A stretch of DNA of 64,000 bases, taken from Eledone cirrhosa (Eukaryota). The DNA lies in the NCBI GenBank assembly GCA_964016885.1, contig OZ024741.1, positions 374,418,001-374,482,000 on the forward strand. The letters run 5' to 3'. A program made the translations under genes and the position numbers. Below are positions 27,001 through 42,048 of the stretch, piece after piece. Every line of letters begins with the position of its first letter. Position 1 is the first letter of the stretch. Below the pieces are notes generated by a model that saw only the letters and a program-made list of their open reading frames with translations, was not told the DNA's origin and ran no database searches.

Positions 27001-27146
27001 ACCATTTAGGTCGCCTGCAATAATTATATAGTCACTGTCAGATATTTGGGAGGTAGTTAGCAACAGTGTCTCATAGAATCTGTCTTTTATAGTGCCGGGC
27101 AGTCCGGATTGGGGTGCGTACGCAGATATTACTGTCACCGTAGTTC
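24037..27146 (-). mobile_element. RTE family B, 5'-truncated within APE, uninterrupted 916-aa frame
   Basis: ORF 24388-27138 with YAPQ, GDLNG, DLEKAFD, YADD and PHD-type Cys/His pattern; (TGA)n tail. Confidence 0.93.
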
Positions 27147-27238
27147 TATATATATATGTATATATATATGTATATATATATGTATATATATGAATATGTA
27201 TATATATATGTATATATATATGTATATATATGAATATG

Positions 27239-27279
<41 letters not shown>

Positions 27280-27298
27280 GTATATATATGTATATATA

Positions 27299-27331
<33 letters not shown>

Positions 27332-27482
27332 ATATATATATATGTATATATGTATATATATGAATATATATATATGTATATATATATATATATGTATATA
27401 TATGAATATATATATATGTATATATATATATATATGTATATATGTATATATATATATATGAATATATATATATGTATATATG

Positions 27483-27516
<34 letters not shown>

Positions 27517-27534
27517 TATGTATATGTATATATG

Positions 27535-27585
<51 letters not shown>

Positions 27586-27732
27586 GTATATATATATATG
27601 TATATATATGTATATATGTGTATATATGTATATATATGTATATATGTATGTATATATATATATATGTATATATATGTATATATATGTATATATATATATA
27701 TGTATATATATGTATATATATGTATATATATG

Positions 27733-27763
<31 letters not shown>

Positions 27764-27862
27764 GTATATATATATATGTATATATATATATGTATATATA
27801 TATATATGTATATATATGTATATATATGTATATATATATATATGTATATATATGTATATATG

Positions 27863-27893
<31 letters not shown>

Positions 27894-28325
27894 GTATATA
27901 TGTATATATATGTATATATATGTATATATATGTATATATATGTATATATATGTATATATATGTATATATGTATATATATGTATATATGGTATATATATGT
28001 ATATATATATGTATATGTATATATATGTATATATGTATATATATGTATATATATATGTGTATATATGTGTATATATATGTATATGTATATATATGTATAT
28101 ATGTATATATATGTATATATATATGTGTATATATGTGTATATATATGTATATATATATGTATATATATATGTATATATATGTATATATATATATGTATAT
28201 ATATGTATATATATATGTGTATATATATGTGTATATATATGTATATATATGTATATATATATGTATATATATATGTATATATATATGTATATATATATAT
28301 GTATATATATATATGTATATATATG

Positions 28326-28358
<33 letters not shown>

Positions 28359-28484
28359 GTATATATATATGTATATATATATGTATATATGTATATATAT
28401 GTATATATATATATGTATATATATATGTATATATATATATATGTATATATATGTATATATGTATATATGTATATATGTATATAT

Positions 28485-28548
<64 letters not shown>

Positions 28549-28599
28549 GTATGTATATATATATATGTATATATATATATATGTATGTATATATATATG

Positions 28600-28696
<97 letters not shown>

Positions 28697-28925
28697 GTAT
28701 ATATATATATGTATATATATATATGTATATATATATATATGTATATATATATATGTATATATATGTATATATATGTATATATATATATATGTATATATAT
28801 ATATGTATATATATATATGTATATATATGTATATATATGTATATATATGTATATATATATATATGTATATATATATATGTATATATATGTATATATATGT
28901 ATATATATGTATATATATATATATG

Positions 28926-28974
<49 letters not shown>

Positions 28975-28985
28975 ATGTATATATG

Positions 28986-29038
<53 letters not shown>

Positions 29039-29039
29039 G

Positions 29040-29072
<33 letters not shown>

Positions 29073-29139
29073 GTATATATATATGTATATATATATATAT
29101 GTATATATATGTATATATGTATATATGTATATATATATG

Positions 29140-29212
<73 letters not shown>

Positions 29213-29239
29213 GTATATATGTATATATATATGTATATA

Positions 29240-29286
<47 letters not shown>

Positions 29287-29295
29287 GTATATATG

Positions 29296-29348
<53 letters not shown>

Positions 29349-29357
29349 GTATATATG

Positions 29358-29446
<89 letters not shown>

Positions 29447-29636
29447 GTATATATATATGTATATATATATGTATATGTATATATATATATGTATATATAT
29501 ATATGTATATGTATATATATATATGTATATGTATATGTATATATATATATGTATATATATATGTATATATATGTATATATATATGTATATATATGTTATA
29601 TATATGTATATATATGTGTATATATATGTATATATA
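27147..29636. repeat. About 2.5-kb imperfect (TA)n/(TATG)n array
   Basis: Read directly from the sequence. Confidence 0.97.
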
Positions 29637-31630
29637 TCATCATCATCATCATCAACGTTTAACGTCCGTGTTCCACGCTTGCATGGGTTTGGACGGGGGT
29701 AGTCCCACTTGAGGCAAGAGTGATTGTCTTGCTCGCATAGGACTGTCTGGCAGGTTTTCTACAGTTGGATGCCCTTCCTAACACCAACCACATTTACAGT
29801 GTGGGTCTGGGAGGTTTTTACCGTGTTGCCTACACGGCCACATTACAGCGTGGACTGTGTGTTTTTTTGTCGTGACACCTACACGATCTCATTTGTTTCG
29901 GCCTGGATGGCGCGGCGCCAACATAACTTTACATAGAACGGGGTGGTGTGGATGGGGTGGGGGTGGTGGCGGGACGGGGTGTATTTTGTTAGAGATGCCT
30001 ACTGGCAAGGCGGGTCTTCTCTGTTACTGAGTACCGCCAAAGGTCACGGTCCAGTGACATTGTCTTGGAGAGGTGTAAGTGTGTGAGGTCGGAGTTTATC
30101 AGCTCATCCCATGTTTTTCTAGGTCTGCCTATTCCGTGGCTACCGTCTATCTTTATTGCCCTGCACTTTGTAATACAGCTATCGACTTTCATGCGCATCA
30201 CGTGTCCATACCAACGCAGCCTTCTCTCGAGTAAACAACATCTGATCCCTCTTATCTCTAATTTTTTCCTTAGTTCGTTTATGCTTTGCCGTTCACGTAT
30301 ATTACTGTTACACATCCAGCGGAGCATGCAAGCTTCGTTCCTCTCTAGTCTGCGTATATCCTCTGCACACAATGCCCAGGTCTCACTACCATGCAACATT
30401 GCTGTTCGTATGCAGGCATCGTACAACCTGCCTTTCATTTTTAGGGAGAACCCTTTAGCAGCTAATAGTGGTATAAGCTCTCTGAACTTTTTCCAACCAG
30501 TTCTGACTCTAGCTACAGTACTTTCAGAGCACCCTCCCCCACTGCTGATTTTATCGCCCAGGTAACGGAAGCTGTCCACTATTTCTATAGAACCCTCTGC
30601 GCAATTGAAAGAGCTAGTATTTTGTGGGCACTTGCTGCTACTTATTGCACCAGAACACCGGCCACATGTAAAGTCTATGTTCTTAGTTAGCTTACCTGTG
30701 ATCCCACTACATCTTTTATGCACCCATACTTTGCATTTAGGACATAAGATGGAGTTTCTACCTACGCCTTTCCTACATACCGAGCACGACCATTTCCCAG
30801 AAGGGACCGCCGCCTTGTTTTCTTTCCTACAAACTAGAACTTTGGTCTTAGCCAGGTTAATTTTAAGTCCTTTTGACTCTAGGCCGTGCTTCCATGTTTG
30901 GAATTTCTTCTCTAGCTCGGCCATTGATTCCGCTATGAGTGTCAGGTCGTCTGCGTATAGGAGTTCCCATGGGCAGCCTGTCTTGAACTCCTCTGTTATA
31001 GCCTGAAGAGCAATAATAAATAGTAGGGGGCTGAGAACAGAGCCCTGATGGACGCCAACTTTTACGCTAAACTCTTCACTATATTCGTTGTTAATTCTAA
31101 CCTTGCTGACTGTTTCTTTATACATGGCTTGTATAGCCCTCACAAGCCATTCGTCAACGCCTAGTTTTCTAAGAGCCCACGAGATAATGGAGTGGGGGAC
31201 TCTGTCGAAGGCTTTCTCCAGGTCGACAAAAGCTAAGTAGAGGGGTTTACCTTTAGCTAGGTACTTCTCCTGTAGTTGTCGTACTATGAAAAGAGCGTCT
31301 GTGGTGCTTTTGCCTGACACAAACCCGAACTGCATTTCATCTAGATCAATTCTCTCTCTGATTAGTTGCGCTATTACTTTTTCCGTGACCTTCATGACCT
31401 GGTCGATTAATTTAATGCCTCTATAGTTACTCCTATCTAGGGCGTCTCCTTTACCCTTATAACAGTTAACGATGATGCTGCTATGCCAGTCCTTCGGAAC
31501 AACCCCATTCTGTACGACTTGGTTAACTATGCGGGTGACCATGGTGTGTCCCACCGTGCCAGATGCCTTCAGCATCTCAGCAACTATTTCCGAAGGCCCA
31601 GCCGCCTTACCAGTCTTCATATCCTTGATT
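29637..31630 (-). mobile_element. RTE family B, 5'-truncated copy
   Basis: ORF 29989-31620 differs from the 24388 copy at only a few residues. Confidence 0.93.
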
Positions 31631-31640
31631 TATATATATA

Positions 31641-31670
31641 GCAGTTGAGCAGTTGAAGTATAAGGACGTG
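31641..31670 (+). promoter_or_regulatory. Putative internal Pol II promoter (Inr-like CAGTT, DPE-like GGACGTG)
   Basis: Both motifs lie in the first 30 bp of the element, as in jockey-type LINEs; spacing is about 6 nt shorter than canonical. Confidence 0.4.
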
Positions 31671-32057
31671 TTTTTACTTCTCTCCCTGAGTAAGCAGCAA
31701 GTCACACAGCCACAAAACAAAACCACAAGACAAAACCAAACAAACAAAAATTGATCGGTTAATACATTTACATACATCTATATTATTATATATTTGAAAC
31801 CACGTGTTTTCAAACTTGTGAGTACATTTTCCTTTAACTACAAATTATTATTATATACTTTCGTCTTTTCATTAACTTAATTAATTTCAAATAACCAGAA
31901 TATACATATATATATATATATACTCATATTTATATATATACTCTTCTCACTCACACACAAGAAAAACAAAAAACAAAAATAAATCAAAAAATAAATTTAA
32001 AAAAAATATATATATATTGAAATACTTAACTAAAACACACACACACTCAAAACTAGA

Positions 32058-32318
32058 ATGGCTAACCAGCAAAAATCCAAACAGAACTGGTCTGATAATG
32101 AAATCGACATTCTAATAAACACATGGCATTGCCTTTCCCAAACAGAAGACATAGATGCTTCATCTCTGAACGACATTGCTAAACGTACAGTTCAATTTTT
32201 GAAAACTCGATCTGAACAACAGATTCAAAATAAATTAAAGCAAATCGAAATTGCTTTTAAATTAATCAATAAACATTTGGATAAACTACGGTGTGTTTTT
32301 TCTTCTTCGAATGCTGTC

Positions 32319-32353
<35 letters not shown>

Positions 32354-32564
32354 ACGGCAACAACAACAGCTACAACAACAACATCAACAACAGCAACAAC
32401 AACAACGACAACAACAGTGTGAACCACTCCTTGATTCATCAACAATGGCCGATCTACTAAATGAAACTATTGACCCCCCCCAGTAGCCTCTGTCTCACAG
32501 CATGAAACGCCACATCCTTTCTCTGGCCCAGCAGTCCAATCATCACCACTGCCAACATCTCTGC

Positions 32565-32595
<31 letters not shown>

Positions 32596-33214
32596 AACAT
32601 TTTTGTCTACTGCTATGTCAAGGAATTTACCTTCTAATACCAGAACAAGAACTCTCCCTCCCACAGTCCACAAAGGTCGTCAAATCCTACCCAAACCATC
32701 ATCTACACCTCTCACAACACACACACCCACATACCCACCCACTCGAAACCCCATCATTTGCCGCTACTCTCTACGCTATAGAATATGTACGGATAGTGGC
32801 TGCAAATTCACCCATTTACCTAGGACAAAACGATCTATTCCCACAAACAGCCACCACCATAATACATACTCTAATTTAACACCAACACAACCACCAATAA
32901 CTCAAACAAGGAATCCACAAATCTGCCGCTTTTCCCTGCGAGACAGATTGTGTTTAGACCGGGATTGTCCCTTTACCCATCTCCCGGGGACCCGTCGGAC
33001 AAATGAAAAGAAAATTAAAAGCAAAAACAAAAACCATAACCTACATAAAAATAACCACTACCACAGTCACCAACAGTCTTCTAAACAGGAAACTTCTTCC
33101 TCTTTTTTAGCCATAATGAATCTGGCAAAAGAACTGGAAAAAAACATTCGAGCTATCACCCAGCACCACCCTCCACTATCACCCCACTGCACAAACTCCC
33201 ATTGCTGCCATTAA
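32058..33214 (+). CDS. LINE ORF1 (Myb/SANT-like, polyQ, two CCCH fingers), broken by a 1-nt shift at a C8 run
   Basis: Adding one C at 32474-32481 joins 32058-32486 to the 32603-33214 frame with no stop. Confidence 0.75.
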
Positions 33215-36200
33215 CAAACAAACAAATTAACAACACACCAAAACAATTAAAACCATCCACTCTCGCCTCTACATTTTTGCTTAACGCCCAAGGCATCAGC
33301 CCTTCCACCAATACTCAAAAATGGAAGATCAAATTCCTGGAGGACTGGATTGATGTCCATCCAAACCACATCCCTTTCTTCGTCCTCACTGAAACCCATC
33401 TCAGTAACCTCCACTTGGAAGCCGAGGTGAAAGTGAAAAATTTCAAAGCCATCCGTGCTGATCGCGCTGGCAGAAGAAAGGGCGGAACTGCCATTTATGT
33501 CCATAATTCTTTCTCAACAGAGGCTATGAACATATTCACTAATGGATACTGTGAAGCAGTCACTGTATTCAGTCAAACCAACAACCTATTAGTAGTTGGG
33601 CTCTATAGGCCACCCCAAACGCCTGTACCGTGCTTCAAGGAATGCCTCAACAGCATAAAGTGTTTCATCCAAGAGTGTCACCCTGACAACATCTTAATGA
33701 TGGGGGACTTCAACCTCCCCGGAGTTGACTGGTCCACAAACAGCCTGCCACCAGGTTCTTCTGCCTCAACCTCTGACAGGGAAGCTGTGGAATCGCTTCT
33801 TGACTTCATGGATGATTTCTTCCTATCCCAACTGGTGCTCGAACCAACGAGGTGCCACAAAAACGTCCTAGACTTAATTTTCAGCAATCACACTGACAAT
33901 ATCCACAATATTGCAGTGGAGAAAACTCTACTCTCTGATCATGACATGGTTCTCTGTGATCTGAGATTCCACCGTCCAATATACAAACCCAATGTCATCT
34001 CTCCTGTCCATCCGTTTGACGCTATGGATTTCCACAATGCAAACTGGGAAGCGATCAGTCATGATCTTGCACATGTCGACTGGTCCTTCACGCACACTCA
34101 TACACCCACTAACATCAAAAAGTCCTGGCAGACATTTGTGGACACTGTTACAAACATATGTGCTAAACACACCCCATTAAGAACTATAAACAAATCTAAG
34201 AGCAGAATCCCTAGAAATAGAAAAACGCTCATCAGAAAAATTAAGAGAACGAACAAAAAAATCAACAAGCTGAAATACTGTCAGCAGCAACACATCAACT
34301 TGACTGCCATTTCATCACTAGAGATTAAAAAACATAACCTCCAAAACAACATAATGTCCCTCATCAACAATCAGAGAAGAGCTGAAGAGGCCTGGGCCAT
34401 TGAGAAGATCAAACTCAATCCCAAAGTGTTCTTTTCATTTGCAAAAAAACACAAAATCACTGGCTCTACTGTTGGCCCTCTAATTGATGAAAATTGCACT
34501 CTTCAAGACAATGCTAAAACCATGGGTGAGATACTGCAGAAACAATACTGCTCTGTTTTCAGCAATCCTGATATGGCCGATCTGGGCTGTATCGGCGATG
34601 TTGCTCCCCATTACACCTTATCGGACATAACGTTTGGCGCCCCTGATGTCTTGGCGGCAATAAAGGAAATCAAGCATAATTCAGCAGTAGGTCCCGATAG
34701 GTTCCCTGCTTGTGTCTTGAAGGCGTGTCAACACCAACTTGCATCTCCTCTTGCCAATCTGTGGCGGAACTCACTGGATGCTGGATATGTGCCAGAAAAC
34801 CTTCTATCCCAGTCTGTTGTCCCAGTTTTCAAAAAGGGAAACAAATCCCTTGCCGTGAATTACCGTCCAATCTCACTCACCTCTCATATCATTAAGGTAT
34901 TTGAGAGAGTGGTGAGATCGCGAATGACCCACTTCCTTGAGAGTAACAATATGCTGAACTCCAACCAGCATGGATTCCGTAATGGAAGGGATTGCCTGAC
35001 GCAGCTACTGCATCACTTTGATGACATTTTGAGAGCCTTGGGAGAGGGTTCCAACACTGATGTTATCTACCTTGATTTCAGCAAGGCCTTTGACAGGGTT
35101 GATCATAACATTCTACTGAGAAAGCTGTCCAATATTGGTGTCACTGGAAAGCTGCTGCAGTGGATCAAGAGCTTCCTGTCAAACAGAACCCAACATGTTG
35201 TAGTTGAGGGAGTCAAATCAAGCCCAGCCAAAGTCAGTAGTGGGGTCCCACAAGGCACTATGTTGGGCCCACTTCTCTTCATCATCTATATTAATGACAT
35301 CACTGACATCATCAAACACAGCAACATTAAAATTTTCGCTGATGATTCCAAGCTCCAAAAGGTCATCAATGGCGTGGATGACCGGATAAGCCTTCAGTCA
35401 GACCTACTGGCTGTTACCCAATGGGCAGAAAAGAACAACATGTTACTGAACGAAGACAAATTCGAACTGATCCACTTTGGAAAAGAGGATGCTCTGAAAC
35501 TCCCGTACTCCCTTCCCTCCGGGGAAACTCTCGTGGCATCTAACAACATCAGAGACTTGGGAGTAACCGTGGACAGCAACATAAGCTGGACCACGCATAT
35601 AAGCAGCAAAGTTGACATGGCCCGCAGAATGTGTTCCTGGATCCTCAGAACCTTCCAGTCGAGAGATTCCCGCACCATTATCCTTCTCTTCTCTACTTTT
35701 GCCCGACCACACCTTGAATACTGTTGTCCACTGTGGTCTCCCCACACGAAACAAAGTATCATGAAACTTGAAGCTCCTCAAAGGGCAATCACGAAAAAGA
35801 TAGATGGAATGTCAGACCTTGACTACTGGGGTCGATTAGAAAACCTGAAACTTTACTCACTCCAACGTCGCCGTGAGCGTTATATTATCTGCATGATGTG
35901 GAAAATGTTCCATCATCACTGCCCAGATGGTGTTGGCATCGCCTTCAAGATACACCCAAGGCTTGGGCCCCGTGCTATCCGTCCCATTCAAAAATCTAAA
36001 TCGCAACTCATAACAACAATACGGCACAATTATTTCACCTCAATCGGCCCTGCTCTCTTCAACATCACACCAGGACACGTCAAAACAGAAACTGACCACA
36101 CAAAATTCAAGAAGTCTTTGGACAAATTCCTCCAAGTAATCCCGGACAAACCACCCACACCCGGATATGTCTCCGCAAACAGTAATTCTCTTCTCGAATG

Positions 36201-36222
36201 GGCCATGGGGCCCAAATCCTGA
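33103..36222 (+). CDS. LINE ORF2, APE endonuclease plus reverse transcriptase
   Basis: LNAQG, TETH, GDFN, SDH, DFSKAFD, GVPQG and FADD motifs; frame is open from 33085 with no ATG before the APE domain. Confidence 0.9.
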   Translation, partial: FFSHNESGKRTGKKHSSYHPAPPSTITPLHKLPLLPLTNKQINNTPKQLKPSTLASTFLLNAQGISPSTNTQKWKIKFLEDWIDVHPNHIPFFVLTETHLSNLHLEAEVKVKNFKAIRADRAGRRKGGTAIYVHNSFSTEAMNIFTNGYCEAVTVFSQTNNLLVVGLYRPPQTPVPCFKECLNSIKCFIQECHPDNILMMGDFNLPGVDWSTNSLPPGSSASTSDREAVESLLDFMDDFFLSQLVLEPTRCHKNVLDLIFSNHTDNIHNIAVEKTLLSDHDMVLCDLRFHRPIYKPNVISPVHPFDAMDFHNANWEAISHDLAHVDWSFTHTHTPTNIKKSWQTFVDTVTNICAKHTPLRTINKSKSRIPRNRKTLIRKIKRTNKKINKLKYCQQQHINLTAISSLEIKKHNLQNNIMSLINNQRRAEEAWAIEKIKLNPKVFFSFAKKHKITGSTVGPLIDENCTLQDNAKTMGEILQKQYCSVFSNPDMADLGCIGDVAPHYTLSDITFGAPDVLAAIKEIKHNSAVGPDRFPACVLKACQHQLASPLANLWRNSLDAGYVPENLLSQSVVPVFKKGNKSLAVNYRPISLTSHIIKVFERVVRSRMTHFLESNNMLNSNQHGFRNGRDCLTQLLHHFDDILRALGEGSNTDVIYLDFSKAFDRVDHNILLRKLSNIGVTGKLLQWIKSFLSNRTQHVVVEGVKSSPAKVSSGVPQGTMLGPLLFIIYINDITDIIKHSNIKIFADDSKLQKVINGVDDRISLQSDLLAVTQWAEKNNMLLNEDKFELIHFGKEDALKLPYSLPSGETLVASNNIRDLGVTVDSNISWTTHISSKVDMARRMCSWILRTFQSRDSRTIILLFSTFARPHLEYCCPLWSPHTKQSIMKLEAPQRAITKKIDGMSDLDYWGRLENLKLYSLQRRRERYIICMMWKMFHHHCPDGVGIAFKIHPRLGPRAIRPIQKSKSQLITTIRHNYFTSIGPALFNITPGHVKTETDHTKFKKSLDKFLQVIPDKPPTPGYVSANSNSLLEWAMGPKS

Positions 36223-36310
36223 ATTGAAAGACTTCGCCAGGTGGTGCTATTAAGTTAGACATGGCCTGGGCCAATACTGGCCAAAACATTTCAAAGTTAT
36301 TCAAAGTTAT

Positions 36311-37205
<895 letters not shown>

Positions 37206-37317
37206 ATATATTTATTTACCATGTGTATTTATTTACCATATGTGTATATATATATTATTTACCATATGTGTATATATATATTATTTATTTACCATATGTG
37301 TATATATATATTATATA

Positions 37318-40300
37318 GTTATTTACCATGCGACCCTCAGTTCCTACCCCCCCCCCCCCCCTCTATGCACTTCTTTAAGGCTTACTACCCTATCTTTAAC
37401 CTAATTCATTCAATCTGAAAATATTGAAGAGATAAGACACTTTCCCATTCTTCTCTGCTAAAATGTATCACTAGAGCTGATTTCAATTTTTCCAGCCATC
37501 CATCTAATCTACGAAGGTATTTTAGCCTACATATTGTCGTTAATATTATGATGTTCCCTGCTGTATTAGCGTTAAATTTTCCCTGCTGTATTAGCGATAA
37601 ATTTTCGAGGGTTTCTCTTAGTAGTTTTTTCATGACGTTATTATTGTTAATTTTACTGATGTAGTATTAACTTGGATATTTACCATGCGACCCTCAGTTC
37701 CTACCTCACAATTCCCCCCCCCCCCCCCCCACCCCCACCCCCACACACCAACATAGTCTATTCGACCAATCAAACCTAGCATGCCATTTCCACTGCTGCT
37801 GCTACTACCTGCCTAACTAACTCTCTCCTCCTCTGGCGCATCCCAACACACCCTGCCATTACCCCACCACCACTGTTCTTCTAGCCCTCAATTTTCCCAC
37901 CGTTATGGATGGATGAGCTGGGAATACACGAGCAACTCTGAATCAATAGATGAAATATGAATCTGCGAGCTACCAAGCACCCACGTGAAGCGCCAACCCA
38001 GAGACCCTCCCCTACGAGTGTCGACAAATGCCCAAAACTCTGAGTTGGTACCATCAATGTAGGCTCAATGAAAGGAAGAGCAGGAGAAATCGTAGAAATG
38101 CTAGAGCGAAAGGAAGTTGATGTATGCTGTGTGCAAGAGACTAGATGGAGAGGAGGGTCTGCTAGAGTCCTTGTAGGAAAAAGCCAGTGCTACAAATTTT
38201 TCTGGGTGGGAAATGACGATGGGATGGGTGGTGTAGGTATACTATTAGCTGACAAGTGGGTAGATAAAGTAATCTCAGTGTACAGGGTAAATGCAAGAAT
38301 CATTAAACTCAGACTAGTCCTGAATAAGACAATTACCACAATATCAGCTTACGCACCCCAATCGGGGCTGCCAGACGAACTTAAGGATAGGTTTTACGAG
38401 TCCCTAATACACACTACTGCTCTAACAGACGACAAGGACTTCCTAATCATTGCAGGAGATTTTAACGGACACGTAGGTAAACACTGCGACGGCTTCAATA
38501 GAGTACATGGAGGCCATGGAGTTGGCACAAGGAATGAGGAAGGATTCAGACTTCTAGAATTCTGCGACGCCAATGACATGTCGATATGTAACACAAACTT
38601 TAAAAAACCCGACAACCACCTGATCACCTATAGATCAGGGGAGCACTCTAGTCAGTTAGATTTTATCCTCATCAGAGGACGTGACAGATGGACGGTCGTA
38701 AACACAAAAGCCTTCCCTAGTGAGGAATGTACATCCCAACATAGCTTAGTTGTCAGCGACCTCACGGTCAGAACTAGACGAGCCCTGAAACAGAGGCCAA
38801 CCTGGAGAAGAAAGATCTGGAAGCTGAAAGTCCCCTCAACCAGTAACAGATTTAAAGATATTTTACTCAACGCCTACGACAGTAAAGAAGAACAGATAGA
38901 GACATTTAACGTAGAAGAGAACTGGGAGTTCCTAAAAAATAGCTTACTAGAGGCGACGGATGAGGTTTGTGGCTGGAGTAAGACCTCAAGCAGGAGGAGA
39001 GTGACTTAGTGGTGGAACAATAAGGTAGATGAAGCAGTCAAGGCCAAGAGACAGGCATGGAAAGAATGGAAGAACGGGGGGAGCAGGGTACATTACATAG
39101 AGACCAAGAGGGAAGCTAGGCGACAAGTATACTTAGCTAGGAGGGAAGCAGAGGATAGAAAATTCAAGCATGTTTTACAACGTGAGGACCAGAAACAGGA
39201 GGTATTCAAGATTGCGAGGCAGTGTGTCAGAGATAGTTGTGATGTCATTGGAGAGAAGTGTATCCGGAATGATAAAGGTGAGCTTGCCCTCACAAGTGCT
39301 GAGAAGAAAGATGCATGGAAGAGTCATTATGATAGATTACTAAATGAGGAGAATGCATGGGAAGAAGAGACCCTACCCCACGTAGACCCTATAGAGGGAC
39401 CAGCAGTACAAGTCAGCGGCAGCGTAGTAAGTAAGGCAATCAGAGATATGAAGATAGGGAAGGCAACCGGTCCATCGGGTATAGCTGCCGAGATGCTGAA
39501 GGCATCTGGGTCTGTAGGTCACACTATAACCACACGTATCGTTAACCAGGTAATACTAGAGGGGGCCATACCAAAAGATTGGTGCAGTAACATCATTGTC
39601 AACTGCTACAAAGGTAAAGGCGATGCACTAGATAGAGGAAACTATAGAGGTATAAAGTTGATGGACCAGGTCATGAAAGTAACAGAAAGAGTTATAGCAC
39701 AGCTGATTAGGGACCGGGTGAATATAGACGAGATGCAATTTGGGTTTGTACCAGGGAAAGGCACCACTGATGCGCTCTTCCTTGTGAGGCAATTACAGGA
39801 AAAGTACCTAGCTAAAAGTAAGCCACTCTACTTGGCATTTGTCGACCTTGAGAAAGCCTTTGACAGAGTTCCACGTGCAGTAATCTGGTGGGCTCTTAGA
39901 AAACTAGGAGTAGATGAATGGCTTGTGAAAGCGGTACAAGCCATGTATAGGGGAGCAGTCAGCAAAGTTAGGATTGGCAATGAGTATAGCGAGGAATTTA
40001 GCGTACAGGTTGGGGTCCACCAGGGCTCTGTTCTTAGCCCTCTCCTGTTCATCATAGTCCTGCAGGCAATAACGGAGGAGTTTAAGACCGGATGCCCATG
40101 GGAACTCCTGTATGCTGATGACCTCGCACTCATAGCTGAATCTATGGTAGAACTAGAGAATAAATTCCAAACCTGGAAGCAGGGACTAGAGAGAAAGGGC
40201 CTCAAAGTCAACATGACAAGGACTAAGGTCCTTGTAAGTAGACGAGAAAACAGAACCCAGATCCCCTCAGGGAAATGGCCTTGCTCAGTATGTAGGAAAG

Positions 40301-41232
40301 GTGTAGGTAGGAACTCCATTCTCTGCCCCAAATGCAAACAATGGGTACACAAGAGATGTAGCGGGATCTCAGGAAGCTTAATTAAGAATGTAGGATTCAC
40401 ATGCAGCAGCTGTGCTGAAACAGCAAGCAAACAGCCACAGGAAACAAGTACCACCAATCTCTGGGAGGGCCCTGTAGAAACAGTAGACAGCTTCTGCTAC
40501 CTAGGTGACCGAATTAGCAACGGAGGTGGGTGCTCAGAAAGTACAATAACTAGGGTAAGAATGGAATGGAAGAAGTTTAGGGAACTACTACCACTGCTAG
40601 CTGCAAAAGGCTTCTCCCTCAGAATGAAAGGCAGACTGTATGATGTGTGTATCCGAACAGCGATGTTGCATGGTAGTGAGACCTGGGCGCTGAAGGTGGA
40701 AGACTTACGTAGATTAGAGAGAAACGAAGCCTGCATGCTCCGATGGATGTGTAACAGTAATATACGTGAACGACAAAGCATAAAGGAATTGAGAGAGAGA
40801 CTGAGCATAAGAGGAATCAAATGCTGCGTGCAGGAGAGGCGGTTACGCTGGTATGGACATGTGATGCGTATGAAGGATGACAGCTGCATAAAAAGGTGCA
40901 GAGCACTAGAAGTTGATGGAAACCGCGGAGTGGGGAGACCCAAGATGACTTGGGATGAGGTGATAAAAGCCGACCTTACCCAACTACACCTCTCAAAGTC
41001 AATGACACACGACCGTGACTTCTGGCGTCACGCAGTAATACAGGGTACCCGACCTCCCATGGGTACATGCTGAAGCATATAAACAATATGCCCCCCCCCC
41101 CCCCACCGCAAGGTGGCCGTGGAGGTGCCACGGCAAAAAAGCACCCAGCCCACACTGTAAAGTGGACGTGTAGGCGCCACGAAAAAGCACCCAGCACTCA
41201 CTGTAAATGAGGTTGGTGTTAGGAAGGGCATC
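37318..41232 (+). mobile_element. RTE family A copy 2, complete 5' end, 3' tail missing
   Basis: Near-identical to 8918-12819; ORF 37957-41073 has stops at 38041 (TGA) and 39007 (TAG); ends at GGAAGGGCATC. Confidence 0.92.
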
Positions 41233-41291
41233 TTAAGGCATATATATACATATACATATATATACACACATATATATACATATATATATAC

Positions 41292-41346
<55 letters not shown>

Positions 41347-41367
41347 CACATATATATACATATATAT

Positions 41368-42048
41368 ATCATCATCATCATCATCACCGTTTTACGTCCG
41401 TTCTTCCACACTAGCATGGGTTAGACGGGTTGTCCTGTTGTGGGCAGTGTCTGGTCGGCTGACCATGCCTTGCTCATACAGGAACTGATCTGGCTTGATT
41501 TCTACAGCTGGATGCCCTTCCTAACACCAACCTCATTTACAGTGAGTGCTGGGTGCTTTTTCGTGGCGCCTACACGTCCACTTTACAGTGTGGGCTGGGT
41601 GCTTTTTTGCCGTGGCACCTCCACGACCACCTTGCGGTGGGGGGGGGGGCATATTGTTTATATGCTTCAGCATGTACCCATGGGAGGTCGGGTACCCTGT
41701 ATTACTGCGTGACGCCAGAAGTCACGGTCGTGTGTCATTGACTTTGAGAGGTGTAGTTGGGTAAGGTCGGCTTTTATCACCTCATCCCAAGTCATCTTGG
41801 GTCTCCCCACTCCGCGGTTTCCATCAACTTCTAGTGCTCTGCACCTTTTTATGCAGCTGTCATCCTTCATACGCATCACATGTCCATACCAGCGTAACCG
41901 CCTCTCCTGCACGCAGCATTTGATTCCTCTTATGCTCAGTCTCTCTCTCAATTCATTTATGCTTTGTCGTTCACGTATATTACTGTTACACATCCATCGG
42001 AGCATGCAGGCTTCGTTTCTCTCTAATCTACGTAGGTCTTCCACCTTC
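41368..42048 (-). mobile_element. RTE family A, 3' fragment
   Basis: Reverse complement of the family A 3' end with (TGA)n tail. Confidence 0.92.

Larger units (their letters stand above)
31641..36310 (+). mobile_element. Apparently full-length CR1/L2-group LINE
   Basis: TA on both sides; 5' end GCAGTT...GGACGTG, ORF1, ORF2 and (TCAAAGTTAT)2 tail. Confidence 0.9.

Noticed and set aside
37406-37633. 75-aa antisense ORF in the RTE-A 5' UTR
   Set aside because: The copy near 9228 has one fewer T and stops after three codons; no recognisable motif.
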